A stretch of DNA of 64,000 nt from Actinomycetota bacterium (GCA_049325515.1 JBMOLI010000010.1:49602-113601); one strand, 5' to 3'; positions 41,099 to 51,563 are shown, counted from the stretch's first letter. The notes: generated by a model not told the origin, from the letters alone. Numbers and translations are program-made.

Positions 41099-43417
41099 TC
41101 AGGCGGCGGCTCGGAAGCGCAGGCACATGCGCACGCCACCGGCGGGCTCTGGCTCGGCCCAGGCCTCGCCGCCCATGCGCTGCATGAGCGTCCGCACCGT
41201 CGCCAGGCCGGTGCCGGTGCCCTCGACCCCGTCGGCAGATCGGCCGCGGTGCCCGGGCTCGAACACCTTCTCGAGCTCGTCGATGCTGATGCCCTTGCCC
41301 GTGTCAGCGACCACGACCACCCACGACGACGGCCCGTCAGTCCGCGACTGGATGTCAAGAACGAGCTGACGCTCGGGGTGGCGGTATCGGCCGGCGTTCT
41401 GCACGAGGTTGGCGAGAACCTGCGTGACGAGACCGCGGTCGGCCGCGACCACAGGCAGATCCCCGACGATCACTTGCGCGTCACCGATCTCGGTGACCAG
41501 GCCCGGCACGAGCTCTGCCACGACGCGCCCTAGGTCGACTGGCACCATAGGCAGCTCTTCCTCAGCCGCGTTCCGGTAGAGCGCCTCGATGGCCTGTGAG
41601 ATGCGGTCCTTGCCACGGATCGCGCCCTCCACCCACTCGCGATGCTCCTCGTCGAGCTCGTTCGCGTCGCGCTGCAGGAGAGAGAGGAACCCGTCGAGCG
41701 CCACGATCGGCTGCATCAGGTCGTGGGAGAGCGTCCCCGCGAAGGTCGCCAGGCGCAGGTTGGCTGCCGCCAGCTCGGCGGCGTGAAGGCCCAGCGCCTC
41801 GTGAGCTTCCACGAGTGCGGCGCCAGCGGCACGCTGGTCTGCCACATCCCTTGCGAGGGTCACCAGTCCGATGCGAGCTCCTGTTGCATCCACGATGGGG
41901 CCGACTGTCACGTCGACGGCCCTGGGCTCACCTGACGCGCTCAACCAGGTTGCGTCAGGCCAGCGGACGGCTTGGCCGGCCGTCGCGTCCCCCAGGGCGC
42001 GCGCCAGGCGCAGCTGCGAGTCGGGACCGACAAGCCGTGTGAGCGACGCGCCGAGCATCTGCTTCTCCGTCCAGCCGAACAGGCGCTCGGCGGCCGGGTT
42101 CCACAGGGTGCATCGACCCATGCCGTCCGCGATGATCAACGCGTCGGGCGATGCAGCAACGATGCTGCGCAGGACGGCGGCGTCTTCCGTCACCTGGCGG
42201 CTGTCCTCGATGCTGCGGATCTGACGGAGCAGGCGTGCGGGCGTGCCGTTGGCCAGGTGGTCGCCTGGAACGCAGGTGACCGTCACCTCCACCCAGCGCG
42301 CGCTTCCGTCGGCACCGACTACGCGCTCTTCGACGACGTAGGTGGGGCGCTCACCTCGGAGCAGCTCGTCCATGCCGGCAAGGTCCGCGACGAGGTCTTC
42401 GGGATGCACCGACTCCCAGCAGGTCATCTGGAGGAGGTCGGCCACCTCACGCCCGAGGATGCCACCGACCGCGGGGTTGGCCGCGAGGTGCCGCCCGGTC
42501 TCGTCGACGAGGACCATGCCGATCGGGGCCGACTCGAACACCGCCTCCAGGAAGCGAGTGGCGCTCAGCGCCGTGGGCGTGCCCTCCCAGAGGGTGCTGT
42601 GCTCGGGCGGCCGGCGCTCCAGCGAGCCCAGTGCAGCTTCCTCAGCGCGGGCGACCGTGGTGACCAGGTCCTCGGCCGGCTTGGCGTAGAGCCAACCCTG
42701 CACCGCGTCGCAGCCAAGCGAGCGGAGCATCTGCTCCTGCACCGGTCGCTCCACGCCCTCGGCAACCGTGTCGAGGCCGAGAGACTGAGCCAGGCGGACG
42801 ACGCCCCTCACGATCGTGGCGGCGTCGCCATCTGCGTCCATCTGAGCGACGAACGAGCGGTCGATCTTCAGCTCGTCGAGGTGGTAGCGCTGCAGCGCGA
42901 CCAGTGACGAAGCCCCCGTGCCGAAGTCGTCCACGGACAGGCGGATGCCCATCTGCTTCAGCGCCAGGAGCGTCGGGCCGACGGCGTGACCGAGCTCGTG
43001 CAGAGAGTCCTCGCTGAGCTCGAGCGAGAGCAGCTCAGGATCGAAGCCCGTCGCTGACAGAGTCCGCTCGAGCTGCTCGACCGCATCGGGCTCGGTGAGC
43101 TGGTGGAGCGAGAGGTTCACGGCGAGGCGAAGCGGAGCACGGTCGGCGTTGGAGGAGTTGAACCGGCTGACGGCGGTGCAGGCGCTCTGCATGACACGCT
43201 GCCCTATCGGCACGATGCTGCCGGTCTTCTCGGCGAGGGCCAAGAAGAGCTGGGTGTCGAGCACTCGGTCAGCACGGTGCCAGCGGGCCAGTGCCTCGAC
43301 CCCGATCACGCGCCCGTCGTCGAGGCCGACGATGGGCAGGTAGTGGACGCGCACCTCGTCGCGCTCCAATGCCAGCTGGAGGTCGGCTCCAGCGTCGAGC
43401 ACCGAGTCGACAGTCAT
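41099..43417 (-). CDS. EAL phosphodiesterase - PAS - PAS - histidine kinase fusion protein
   Basis: N-terminal EAL domain (GVEALARW, DDFGTG, ELKIDRSF), two PAS-like regions, an H-box LSHDLMQPI, and HATPase_c (ADTGKGI, GTGTGLATV). The start overlaps the stop of the upstream regulator. Confidence 0.8.
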   Translation of the reverse strand: MTVDSVLDAGADLQLALERDEVRVHYLPIVGLDDGRVIGVEALARWHRADRVLDTQLFLALAEKTGSIVPIGQRVMQSACTAVSRFNSSNADRAPLRLAVNLSLHQLTEPDAVEQLERTLSATGFDPELLSLELSEDSLHELGHAVGPTLLALKQMGIRLSVDDFGTGASSLVALQRYHLDELKIDRSFVAQMDADGDAATIVRGVVRLAQSLGLDTVAEGVERPVQEQMLRSLGCDAVQGWLYAKPAEDLVTTVARAEEAALGSLERRPPEHSTLWEGTPTALSATRFLEAVFESAPIGMVLVDETGRHLAANPAVGGILGREVADLLQMTCWESVHPEDLVADLAGMDELLRGERPTYVVEERVVGADGSARWVEVTVTCVPGDHLANGTPARLLRQIRSIEDSRQVTEDAAVLRSIVAASPDALIIADGMGRCTLWNPAAERLFGWTEKQMLGASLTRLVGPDSQLRLARALGDATAGQAVRWPDATWLSASGEPRAVDVTVGPIVDATGARIGLVTLARDVADQRAAGAALVEAHEALGLHAAELAAANLRLATFAGTLSHDLMQPIVALDGFLSLLQRDANELDEEHREWVEGAIRGKDRISQAIEALYRNAAEEELPMVPVDLGRVVAELVPGLVTEIGDAQVIVGDLPVVAADRGLVTQVLANLVQNAGRYRHPERQLVLDIQSRTDGPSSWVVVVADTGKGISIDELEKVFEPGHRGRSADGVEGTGTGLATVRTLMQRMGGEAWAEPEPAGGVRMCLRFRAAA

Positions 43418-44142
43418 CAGAGGCAGGCGACGTTAGGGGTGGCGCCGTCACCTGAGCCTGGGAGCCGAGGCGCCACGAGGCCGAGGCGGATCGCCTCTGA
43501 GACGGCCGAGAGCCGGTCGTGGACCCCGAGCTTGAGCATCGCCCGCGCCAGGTGGTTGCGAACCGTGTTGTTGCTGATGCAGAGCCTCCGAGCGGCGTCG
43601 ACGGTCGACTCGCCGCAGGCCAGCGCCTCGAGCACGTCGAGCTCGCGTCGCGACAGGTCGTTCCGTCCGACCACGTCGGACCTACCCGTGCGGGCCAGCA
43701 GCACCGGCGTGAGAGCTGCTGGCACGACGAGATCGCCTGCGACCACGCGAGCGACGGTGTCGAGGATCTGGGCGACGGGCTGCGTCTTGGAGATGATGCC
43801 CTGCACCCCGGCGTCGAGAGCCGCGAGACATGACCGCTGCGTGGGCCAACCGGTCATCATCACGATCCGCGATCCCGGGCTTGCAACCTTCAGCTCAGCC
43901 ACGTGCTCGTCCATGTCGCCGTCCGGCAGGCGCCGGTCGGTGAGGATCACGTCGGGCTGGATCGACGCTGCCGTGACCACACCATCTGCGATAGATGACG
44001 CCGTACCGACCACTTCGGTACGTCCGTCCTGGGCGAAGGCGGCCCGGAGCGCCGAGCTGAGCAGCTCATGGTCGTCGATCACCAGAACGGTGATCGTCCT
44101 GACTGCTTCCATGGTTTCCATCTTGAGGTGTTCCTCTCGCAT
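43417..44142 (-). CDS. LuxR/NarL-family response regulator (start uncertain)
   Basis: Receiver domain (TVLVIDDHELL...D...) and a C-terminal HTH (LSRRELDVLEALACGESTVDAARRLCISNNTVRNHL). Several in-frame starts between 44112 and 44157. Confidence 0.85.
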   Translation of the reverse strand: MREEHLKMETMEAVRTITVLVIDDHELLSSALRAAFAQDGRTEVVGTASSIADGVVTAASIQPDVILTDRRLPDGDMDEHVAELKVASPGSRIVMMTGWPTQRSCLAALDAGVQGIISKTQPVAQILDTVARVVAGDLVVPAALTPVLLARTGRSDVVGRNDLSRRELDVLEALACGESTVDAARRLCISNNTVRNHLARAMLKLGVHDRLSAVSEAIRLGLVAPRLPGSGDGATPNVACL

Positions 44143-44335
44143 GGACGTTTCCCTCAAAACGCCTCAAGGGACCATCGGCGGGATCGACATGCACCTTTAG
44201 AGCACTTCAGCGTGAATCGATCCGCCTGGGTCCATCGGCTCAGTCCTCGTGGATCAGCGGTGATGCGCCATCGCACCAATCATCGGGTGCAGGCTGATCT
44301 GCTCGCACCTCGAGCGGGTGGTCGACGTGTTGGGC

Positions 44336-45085
44336 ATGGCAAGACCCGACCGCATCGCTCGCCCCTTCCGCTGCATCGCGCTGGCCATCCTCGTGCTCCA
44401 GCTGGGCGCCGCAGCCGCCATCGCCGATGCCCGCGAGAGCAAGGCCTCGACGGCCGACACCAGCGACCGCATCACCGCCCAGGCGGTGGAGGGCGCGGTT
44501 GCCGAGGTCGCTGAGCCAGTGATCGCAGTCGAGCCGACGGTTCCGTCGACGACGACCCCCGCCCCTCCCGTCACCGCCCCTCCGGCCCCCAAGCCCGCTC
44601 CGGCGCCGGCGCCGGTCGAGGCCCCTCCGGCTCCGCCGGCACCGCCTGCTCCGCCGGTCGATCCCGCCGTCCGGGTGCAGGCCGCTTACGAGTCTTCGGT
44701 CCCCGCCGCCTGGCGGGACGCCATCGCCGTTCGCTTCGAGCTGATCGAGGGCAACACCTCATGGGCCGCTCACGACGGGACCATCCAGATCGGCTCCGTC
44801 CACGCCAACGGCAACGAGGCCCTGCTGCGGGCCACAGTGGCTCACGAGTTCGGTCACCTGATCGCCTTCAAGTACGGCTCACAGGCGTTCAACGGTGCCG
44901 CCCCCGAGGGCTGGCCCGCCTACAGCGACCGGCCCGAGGAGGCCTGGGCCGACTGCGTGTCTCGTGCCTTCACGGGCATCAACGACCCGTCCCACGGCCT
45001 GCCCGACTGTGCCGGTGCGTCGCTCTCGTGGACAGCCGACTGGACCGCAGCCGGCCCCGCCGCACACCCCCGCACCGCCGCCTGA
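44336..45085 (+). CDS. secreted protein with Pro/Ala-rich linker and HExxH metallopeptidase-like motif
   Basis: Signal-like MARPDRIARPFRCIALAILVLQLGAAAAIADA. A PAPAP-rich spacer. VAHEFGHLIAF in the C-terminal domain. Confidence 0.6.
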   Translation: MARPDRIARPFRCIALAILVLQLGAAAAIADARESKASTADTSDRITAQAVEGAVAEVAEPVIAVEPTVPSTTTPAPPVTAPPAPKPAPAPAPVEAPPAPPAPPAPPVDPAVRVQAAYESSVPAAWRDAIAVRFELIEGNTSWAAHDGTIQIGSVHANGNEALLRATVAHEFGHLIAFKYGSQAFNGAAPEGWPAYSDRPEEAWADCVSRAFTGINDPSHGLPDCAGASLSWTADWTAAGPAAHPRTAA

Positions 45086-45103
45086 CGCCTGACGCCTGAC
45101 GCC
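45080..45103 (+). repeat. (GCCTGAC)x3 heptamer repeat at a gene 3' end
   Basis: TGA occurs at 45083, 45090 and 45097. The 7-nt period places a stop codon in each of the three forward frames. Confidence 0.9.
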
Positions 45104-45133
45104 CAGTGCTCCGGCCGGCGACGACGTGCCCGG

Positions 45134-46315
45134 CTATCGGAGGTCGAACCTGGACACCACCTCGACGTGCGAGGTGTGCGGGAACAGGTCGACCAGCGTG
45201 GACGAGCTCAGCGAGTAGCCAGCCGCTTCCAGAAGCTTGGCGTCACGACCCAGCGACGCCGGGTCGCAGCTCACCAGAGCGAGTCGTTGGGCATGCGTCC
45301 CCGCCACAGCGGCGACACCGGCTGGCCCGAGGCCTGCGCGTGGAGGATCTGCGATCACCGCATCAGCCCGTGCCGGCCGCCAGCGGGCGACGTCGGACTT
45401 CAGCACGCGTGCGTCGAGACCTGCGAGGTTCACGCGAGCGTCGGCTACGGCGGAGGCACCCGATTCGACGAGCGTGACATGACCGACAGGGCTGACGGCG
45501 CCTGCGAAGAGGCCCACACCGCCGTAGAGGTCGACCAGGCGCGAGGTGGGCACGAGGCAGCCGGCGAGGGCCTCCTGCACCGCGTAGACGAGGGCATCCG
45601 CGCCATCAGGGCGCGCCTGGAAGAACGAGCGGGCCGAGACGCGCCAACGACGACCGACCACTTCCTCGTGGTACCAGGCGCGCGTTCCGGCCGTGAGCTC
45701 TGCTTTGGCGACGACGCGAACGTCTGAGGGCAGCTCGACGCCCTCCGCGGAGGGGACGATGGCGAGGCGCTCGCCGGTCCTGGCCCCGACCCGGAGGATG
45801 ACCTCGCCGTCCGGAAAGCGACCCTCGACGATCAGCTCGTCGAGCAGCGGGTGGGCGACGAGGCACGGTGCGACACGCACGAGGTCGTGGCTGCCGCGGT
45901 GTCTGAGCCCGAAGCGGCCCGCCTCAGCCGCACCGCGGACGGTCGTGCGGTAGGCGGTCGACTGGAGATCCGGGCCCAAGCGCACCGACGTGTCGAGGTG
46001 CGCCTGCCTGCGAAGCGCGTCCGCCACGATGTCAGCCTTGAGGCGCCGCTGGCCCTCAGGGGTGATGTGCTGCCAGTCGCACCCACCGCAACCCGCGCCG
46101 ACGAACCTGCACGGCGGTTCGACCCGCATCTGCGCGGGACGCAACACCTCGAGGAGGGTCGCCCGAGCGAAGTCTCGGCGCTCCTGCTGAAGCGCTGCCC
46201 GCACGCGCTCGCCTGGAAGAGCACCTTCGACGAAGGTGACTCGCCCACCCTCATCGCGAGCCAGACCGTCCCCGCCGGCCACGATCCCGGTGACCTCGAC
46301 GGTTACGACATCCAC
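45134..46315 (-). CDS. TrmA/RumA-family RNA (uracil-5-)-methyltransferase with Fe-S cluster motif
   Basis: GTG start chosen before a TRAM-like N-terminus (VTVEVTGIVAGGDGLAR). Cys cluster PPCRFVGAGCGGCDWQH. SAM-MTase motifs LVDLYGGVGLF and DPPRAGL. Confidence 0.8.
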   Translation of the reverse strand: MDVVTVEVTGIVAGGDGLARDEGGRVTFVEGALPGERVRAALQQERRDFARATLLEVLRPAQMRVEPPCRFVGAGCGGCDWQHITPEGQRRLKADIVADALRRQAHLDTSVRLGPDLQSTAYRTTVRGAAEAGRFGLRHRGSHDLVRVAPCLVAHPLLDELIVEGRFPDGEVILRVGARTGERLAIVPSAEGVELPSDVRVVAKAELTAGTRAWYHEEVVGRRWRVSARSFFQARPDGADALVYAVQEALAGCLVPTSRLVDLYGGVGLFAGAVSPVGHVTLVESGASAVADARVNLAGLDARVLKSDVARWRPARADAVIADPPRAGLGPAGVAAVAGTHAQRLALVSCDPASLGRDAKLLEAAGYSLSSSTLVDLFPHTSHVEVVSRFDLR

Positions 46316-46376
46316 TGGGGCAGCGTAGGCGCCGTCGCGACCCGCTCCCGTGGGAGGATGCGAGGATGCCCGATAA

Positions 46377-47084
46377 ATGGACCGACCAGTGAGCGACCGG
46401 CCAGGAACCGACCGCCGCATCGAGATCGCCCCGTCAGTGCTGCCCGCCGACTTCGCCCGTCTGGGTGACGAGGTGGCGGCGCTGGAGGCCGCTGGGGTCG
46501 ACCGCATCCAGTGGGATGTGATGGACGGCCGCTTCGTGCCCAACCTGACCTTCGGACCCGACGTCATCAAGTCGTGCCGTGCCCACGCCTCGGTCCCCTT
46601 CGAGGCGCATCTCATGGTCGAAGAACCGGACCTGTTGGCATCCCGCTACGTGGATGCGGGCTGCGAGATGCTGATCGTCCACGCCGAGGCGGCTCGCCAC
46701 CTGCACCGAACGCTGGGCCACATCCGGGGGCTCGGAGCCAAGGCGGGCGTCGCTCTGAACCCCGCGACTCCCGCCTCTGCCATCGAGCACGTGCTCGACC
46801 TCGTCGACCTCGTCCTCGTGATGACGGTCAACCCCGGCTTCGGGGGCCAGGACTACATCTCGACCATGGAGGTGAAGATCGCCGCCGTGCGCGACCTCGT
46901 GCTGCAGGGCGGCTACGACATCGACCTCGAGGTGGACGGCGGGATCGGCCCGGCCACCATCCAAGGGGCCACCTCGGCCGGGGCCAACATCCTCGTGGCA
47001 GGCTCGTCGCTCTACCGCGACCCTGAGGGGCTCGCCCACGCCGTCGGGGAGCTGCGCGGCCTGGCCGAGGCGGCCCGCACCTAA
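46377..47084 (+). CDS. rpe: ribulose-phosphate 3-epimerase
   Basis: IAPSVLPADFARLGDEV, DVMDGRFVPNLTFG, VMTVNPGFGGQ and EVDGGI are canonical Rpe motifs. Confidence 0.93.
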   Translation: MDRPVSDRPGTDRRIEIAPSVLPADFARLGDEVAALEAAGVDRIQWDVMDGRFVPNLTFGPDVIKSCRAHASVPFEAHLMVEEPDLLASRYVDAGCEMLIVHAEAARHLHRTLGHIRGLGAKAGVALNPATPASAIEHVLDLVDLVLVMTVNPGFGGQDYISTMEVKIAAVRDLVLQGGYDIDLEVDGGIGPATIQGATSAGANILVAGSSLYRDPEGLAHAVGELRGLAEAART

Positions 47085-47086
47085 GG

Positions 47087-47485
47087 ATGCGCCGGGCGAT
47101 CGCGCTCGGCTGCGTCGCCGTCTTGGCCGCCTGCGGCGGTGACGAGGGCAGCGCCGAGGAGCTGTGCGCGGCGGTCAGAGCAGACCGGTCGACCCCAGCC
47201 GTCTTCTCCGGATTCGACCCGACGGACACCTCCCGCGCGGTGGAGCAGCTGCGCGAGGCGCGCGTCACCCTCGGCGAGCTGCGCGATGCGGCCCCGTCGG
47301 AGCTGCGTGACGACATCGACCTGGAGATCGCCTACGTGCAGGCGCTGCTCGAGCGGCTCGAAGACCTTGGCGGCGCGGAGCCCGAGAGTGTGGTGCAGGC
47401 CGTGCGGGAGGTGACTGACGCCCACCCAGACGTCGCCGACGCCGCTGCTCGGCTCGACGCGTGGAGCGACGAGAGCTGCCCCTGA
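47087..47485 (+). CDS. small lipoprotein, function unknown
   Basis: Lipobox MRRAIALGCVAVLAACGG. Acidic helical body. Confidence 0.6.
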   Translation: MRRAIALGCVAVLAACGGDEGSAEELCAAVRADRSTPAVFSGFDPTDTSRAVEQLREARVTLGELRDAAPSELRDDIDLEIAYVQALLERLEDLGGAEPESVVQAVREVTDAHPDVADAAARLDAWSDESCP

Positions 47486-47503
47486 CGATCGGTCAGGCGC
47501 GGG

Positions 47504-48115
47504 TCACGCCGTGGGGCCGTCGGAGCGCTTCTCGCGCACGTGGTCGATGATGCCGTACTCCTTGGCCTGCTCCGCTGTGAACCAGCGATCGCGCTCGGAG
47601 TCGGCCTGCACCTGCTCGACGGTCTGGCCGGTGTGGTGCGCGATGCGCTCCGCCATCAGTCGCTTGATGTAGATCAGCTGCTCGGCCTGGATGGCGATGT
47701 CGCTGGCCTGGCCCCGCACGCCGCCCGAAGGCTGGTGCATCATGATCCGCGCGTGCGGGAGTGCGAAGCGCTTGCCGGGGGCGCCAGCCGCCAACAGGAA
47801 CTGGCCCATCGACGCCGCAAGGCCCATGCAGATCGTGGCGACGTCAGGGCGGACGAACTGCATCGTGTCGTAGATGGCCATGCCGTCCGTGACCGAGCCG
47901 CCAGGGCTGTTGATGTAGAGCCAGATGTCCTTGTCGGGATCCTCGCCCTCGAGGAACAGCATCTGCGCGCAGATGATGTTCGCCACATCGTCGTTCACGT
48001 CGGTGCCGAGGATGATGATCCGATCACGGAGCAGCCGGTTGAAGATCTCCGATGTCGGGTTGGCGATCGGGCTCTGGGCGTAGGGCATGGGGGGCTGTGC
48101 GTGGTTCTGGCTCAT
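47504..48115 (-). CDS. clpP: ATP-dependent Clp protease proteolytic subunit (second paralog)
   Basis: [33 protein letters not shown] and MMHQPSGG. Confidence 0.9.
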   Translation of the reverse strand: MSQNHAQPPMPYAQSPIANPTSEIFNRLLRDRIIILGTDVNDDVANIICAQMLFLEGEDPDKDIWLYINSPGGSVTDGMAIYDTMQFVRPDVATICMGLAASMGQFLLAAGAPGKRFALPHARIMMHQPSGGVRGQASDIAIQAEQLIYIKRLMAERIAHHTGQTVEQVQADSERDRWFTAEQAKEYGIIDHVREKRSDGPTA

Positions 48116-48173
48116 TGCCGATGGAGGCTAGCGGCACGTCTGGCGCGCCAGGCGCGGCCTACGCTGCTCCGAC

Positions 48174-48257
48174 GCACCAGTGGCGGAATTGGCAGACGCG
48201 CGGGCCTTAGGAGCCCGTGAGCTAACGCTCGTGTGGGTTCGACCCCCACCTGGTGCA
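48174..48257 (+). tRNA. tRNA-Leu (anticodon TAG)
   Basis: Acceptor GCACCAG/CTGGTGC, anticodon loop CTTAGGA, long variable arm, T-arm GTGGG-TTCGACC-CCCAC. Confidence 0.9.
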
Positions 48258-48313
48258 CCGCACGATCTCAGCGGGGGAACGACGGCCGTAGGACGCCCGA
48301 TAGCCTCCCGGCC

Positions 48314-49318
48314 GTGAAGGTGCACGACCTGGCGACGCCTGCGCTGCTGGTCGATCTTCCGGCCTTCGATCGCAACGTGGCGAGGATGGCGAGCCGCTGG
48401 CCGGGCACCGCGCTCCGACCCCACGTCAAGGCGTTCAAGTCAACCGCCCTGGCCCGGAGGCTCGCGGACGCGGGTCACACAGCGTTCTGCTGCGCCACCG
48501 TGCGCGAGATGGTCGGCATGGCGGCGGCCGGGCTCGGACACGACCTACTTCTGGCGAACGAGAGCCTGGCCCTCGAGCGGCTCACCCCACTCGTCGAGTC
48601 TGATGCCGCCAGGGTCACTGTCGCGGTCGACTCGGTGGAGACGATCGAAGCAGCCGCGCGAGCCCGCCTGCGCGAGGTGCTCATCGACGTGAACGTCGGC
48701 ATGCCGCGCTGTGGCTGCGAGCCAGAGGATGCAGGTCGGCTCGCGGATCTGGCTCGCGCCAAGGGGCTGGAGGTGCGGGGGGTGATGGGCTACGAGGGCC
48801 ATCTGATGCGGGAGCCGACCGCGACGAAGGCGGAGATGGTCGAGCAGTCGATGAGGCTGCTGCTCGATGCCCATGGCGCCGTCGGCGGGGAGGTCGTGTC
48901 AGGGGGAGGTTCCGGCACTTGGGATCTCAACACCTGGGTGACCGAGCTGCAGGCAGGCTCCTACTGCCTCATGGACTCCGAGTACACGCCCCACGCCACG
49001 GGCTTCGAGAACGCGCTGTTCGCGCTCACCACCGTCATCTCGGTGTCGTCACGAGGGTGGGGTGTGCTGGACGCCGGGCTCAAGGCCTTCGGCATGGACC
49101 ACGGCGATCCGACCGTCCTCGAGGTGGGGCGCTGCTGGTTCACCTCCGACGAGCACATCACCTTTGGCATCGCCAAGGACGTCACGGTGAGCGTGGGCGA
49201 CAAGGCCCGCGTGCTGACCGCCCACGTCGACCCGACCGTCGCGCTGCACGAGCGCATGCACGTCATCGACGGAGACGACGTGGTCGACACCTGGCCTGTC
49301 GACCTCCGCGGCTGGTAG
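48314..49318 (+). CDS. alanine racemase N-terminal domain / D-threonine aldolase-like (DSD1 family) PLP enzyme
   Basis: GTG start before TPALLVDLPAFDRNVARM. PHVKAFKS carries the PLP lysine context. The C-terminal region is D-serine dehydratase-like. Confidence 0.7.
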   Translation: MKVHDLATPALLVDLPAFDRNVARMASRWPGTALRPHVKAFKSTALARRLADAGHTAFCCATVREMVGMAAAGLGHDLLLANESLALERLTPLVESDAARVTVAVDSVETIEAAARARLREVLIDVNVGMPRCGCEPEDAGRLADLARAKGLEVRGVMGYEGHLMREPTATKAEMVEQSMRLLLDAHGAVGGEVVSGGGSGTWDLNTWVTELQAGSYCLMDSEYTPHATGFENALFALTTVISVSSRGWGVLDAGLKAFGMDHGDPTVLEVGRCWFTSDEHITFGIAKDVTVSVGDKARVLTAHVDPTVALHERMHVIDGDDVVDTWPVDLRGW

Positions 49319-49371
49319 CGGCCCGGTCCGCGTTCTCTGAACTCTGACGCGCGGTATGCGAGCGTCAGGGT

Positions 49372-49926
49372 TCAGAGAACGCGGAGAAGAGCGCGAAACG
49401 CGCGGGCTCGGTGGCTGATGAGGTGCTTCTCCTGCGGCGACATCTCGGCGAACGTGCGACCGTCGCCCTCGAGCGGGACCACGATCGGGTCGTAGCCGAA
49501 GCCACCGTCGCCCCGTGGTTCGGCGGCGATCACACCGGCGACCTGGCCGCGCACGACGACCTCACGACCGCTCGGCCACACGGCGGCGGCAGCGCACACG
49601 TATCGACAACCTCGCTGTGACGGCTCGGCATCGGCGAGCTGGCGGAGCACTCGCGGTATCCAGTCCGCCTCGTGCGTCCAGCGGGCGGATTGGATACCGG
49701 GCGCCCCGTTGAGGTGGTCGATCTCGATGCCGGAGTCGTCCGCCAGCGCAACCTCACCGCGTTGAGCGGCGAGGGCGCGTGCCTTGATGAGGGCGTTCTC
49801 CTCGAACGTGGTGCCCGTCTCCTCGACGCCCGGGTCGTGCGCCTCGACCTCGAAGCTCGGGCCCAGGATGTGCCGGACCTCGTCGAGCTTGTGCGCGTTG
49901 CCCGTCGCGAGCAGGAGCCGGGTCAC
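49372..49926 (-). CDS. rdgB: RdgB/HAM1 family non-canonical purine NTP pyrophosphatase
   Basis: [43 protein letters not shown] and SHRARAF. The GTG start overlaps the rph stop. Confidence 0.88.
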   Translation of the reverse strand: MTRLLLATGNAHKLDEVRHILGPSFEVEAHDPGVEETGTTFEENALIKARALAAQRGEVALADDSGIEIDHLNGAPGIQSARWTHEADWIPRVLRQLADAEPSQRGCRYVCAAAAVWPSGREVVVRGQVAGVIAAEPRGDGGFGYDPIVVPLEGDGRTFAEMSPQEKHLISHRARAFRALLRVL

Positions 49927-50663
49927 CGCGGGGCGGGAGGCTCGCTGACCATCTCCTTCTGGAGACCGATCAGCTCGTCGATGCCCTTCTCCGCCAGGGC
50001 GAGGAGAGCATCCAGCTCGGACCGGCTGTAGGGCGCGCCCTCGGCTGTGCCCTGCACTTCGACGAACCCGCCCAGCGAGGTCATGACGACGTTCATGTCG
50101 ACCTCGGCGGTGGAGTCCTCCGAGTACGGCAGATCGAGCATCGGGATGCCACCGACGATGCCGACCGAGATCGCTGCGCAGAAGGCGGTCAGTGGATGGC
50201 TCCTGATGGTGCCTGCCTGGACGAGACGGCTCAGCGCATCGTGCAGCGCCAGGTAGCCACCGCAGATGGAGGCCGTGCGCGTGCCCCCATCTGCCTGGAG
50301 CACGTCGCAGTCGACGATCACCTGCCGCTCCCCCAGTGCGCGCATGTCGCACACGGCACGCAGCGATCGACCGATCAGCCGTTGGATCTCCTGCGTGCGT
50401 CCTGATGGCTTGCCGTCCTTCACCTCTCGGCGGATGCGCTCCGGCGACGAGCCCGGCAGCATCGAGTACTCAGCGGTGACCCAGCCCTTGCCGTTGCCAC
50501 GCATCCAGCGCGGCACGTCCTCGTCAACCGACGCCGTGCAGAGAACCTTCGTTCCCCCGAAGCTGACGAGGCACGACCCAGCGGATGTCACAGTGAAGTC
50601 GCGCTCGAAGGTGATCGGGCGCAGCTCGTCCGCGGCGCGGCCATCCGCACGGGTTGTTGTCAT
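49923..50663 (-). CDS. rph: ribonuclease PH
   Basis: Internal ATG start. [13 protein letters not shown]..., [30 protein letters not shown]. Confidence 0.93.
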   Translation of the reverse strand: MTTTRADGRAADELRPITFERDFTVTSAGSCLVSFGGTKVLCTASVDEDVPRWMRGNGKGWVTAEYSMLPGSSPERIRREVKDGKPSGRTQEIQRLIGRSLRAVCDMRALGERQVIVDCDVLQADGGTRTASICGGYLALHDALSRLVQAGTIRSHPLTAFCAAISVGIVGGIPMLDLPYSEDSTAEVDMNVVMTSLGGFVEVQGTAEGAPYSRSELDALLALAEKGIDELIGLQKEMVSEPPAPR

Positions 50664-50718
50664 GGGCGCATCCTCGCAGGCACCAGAGGGGGCGGGCGAC
50701 CCGGCTCGGCCGACGCCG

Positions 50719-51525
50719 TCATGGCCAGGTGATGGGCTGCGCCTCGTCAAGCTCGGGGCCCAGGAGCTGGCGGCCGAGCCGCCGGAACCAGCCCACGTCA
50801 CCGGACGACAGCCAGAGGTGGCGCGGCGGACCAGCACTCGGATGGCGGGCGAGCGCAGTCCCCTCGAGCAGGCGGAGCACCTCGAAGGCCGTCTCGTCGG
50901 CAGACGACACGAGGACGACTTCTCGACCCATGACGTCGCTGATCGTGCGGGCGAGGAATGGATAGTGGGTGCAGCCGAGGAGCAGAGCATCGACCTTGGA
51001 GTCACGCACCGGTGCGAGAAGGCGCTCGGCGAGCACCATCACCTGGTCGGTGCGCGTCTCGCCGCGCTCCACGAACTCAACGAAGCCCGGACAGGCGGCG
51101 CAGGTGAGCTGAAGGTCGGGCGCCAGGTCGGCGACGGCCTGCTGATATGCGCCGGAGCCGATCGTGCCGACCGTGCCGATGACTCCCACCCGGCCGCTCT
51201 GGGTCGCCTGCGCCAGGCTGCGGACACCCGGATCGATCACGCCGACGACGGGGACATCGACACGCGCCTGCAGGTCGCTCAAGCCCGTCGCCGCTGCCGT
51301 GTTGCAGGCGACGACGACGAGCTTCACGCCGTGCTCGTGCACGAGCAGGTCAGTGATCTGCTGCGCGAAGCCACGGACCTCCTCGAGTCGCCGGGGCCCG
51401 TAGGGATAGCGGCCCGTGTCGCCGACGTAGACCAGGTGCTCGGCGGGGAGCAGGTCGATCAGCGCTCGGGCGACCGTGAGGCCTCCGAACCCGCTGTCGA
51501 ACATGCCGATGGGCCTGTCGTCCAC
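50719..51525 (-). CDS. murI: glutamate racemase
   Basis: [20 protein letters not shown] and LGCTHYP. Confidence 0.93.
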   Translation of the reverse strand: MDDRPIGMFDSGFGGLTVARALIDLLPAEHLVYVGDTGRYPYGPRRLEEVRGFAQQITDLLVHEHGVKLVVVACNTAAATGLSDLQARVDVPVVGVIDPGVRSLAQATQSGRVGVIGTVGTIGSGAYQQAVADLAPDLQLTCAACPGFVEFVERGETRTDQVMVLAERLLAPVRDSKVDALLLGCTHYPFLARTISDVMGREVVLVSSADETAFEVLRLLEGTALARHPSAGPPRHLWLSSGDVGWFRRLGRQLLGPELDEAQPITWP

Positions 51526-51563
51526 GGCTTCGAGGGTACGACGGGGCGCCCTACGATCCGTTC

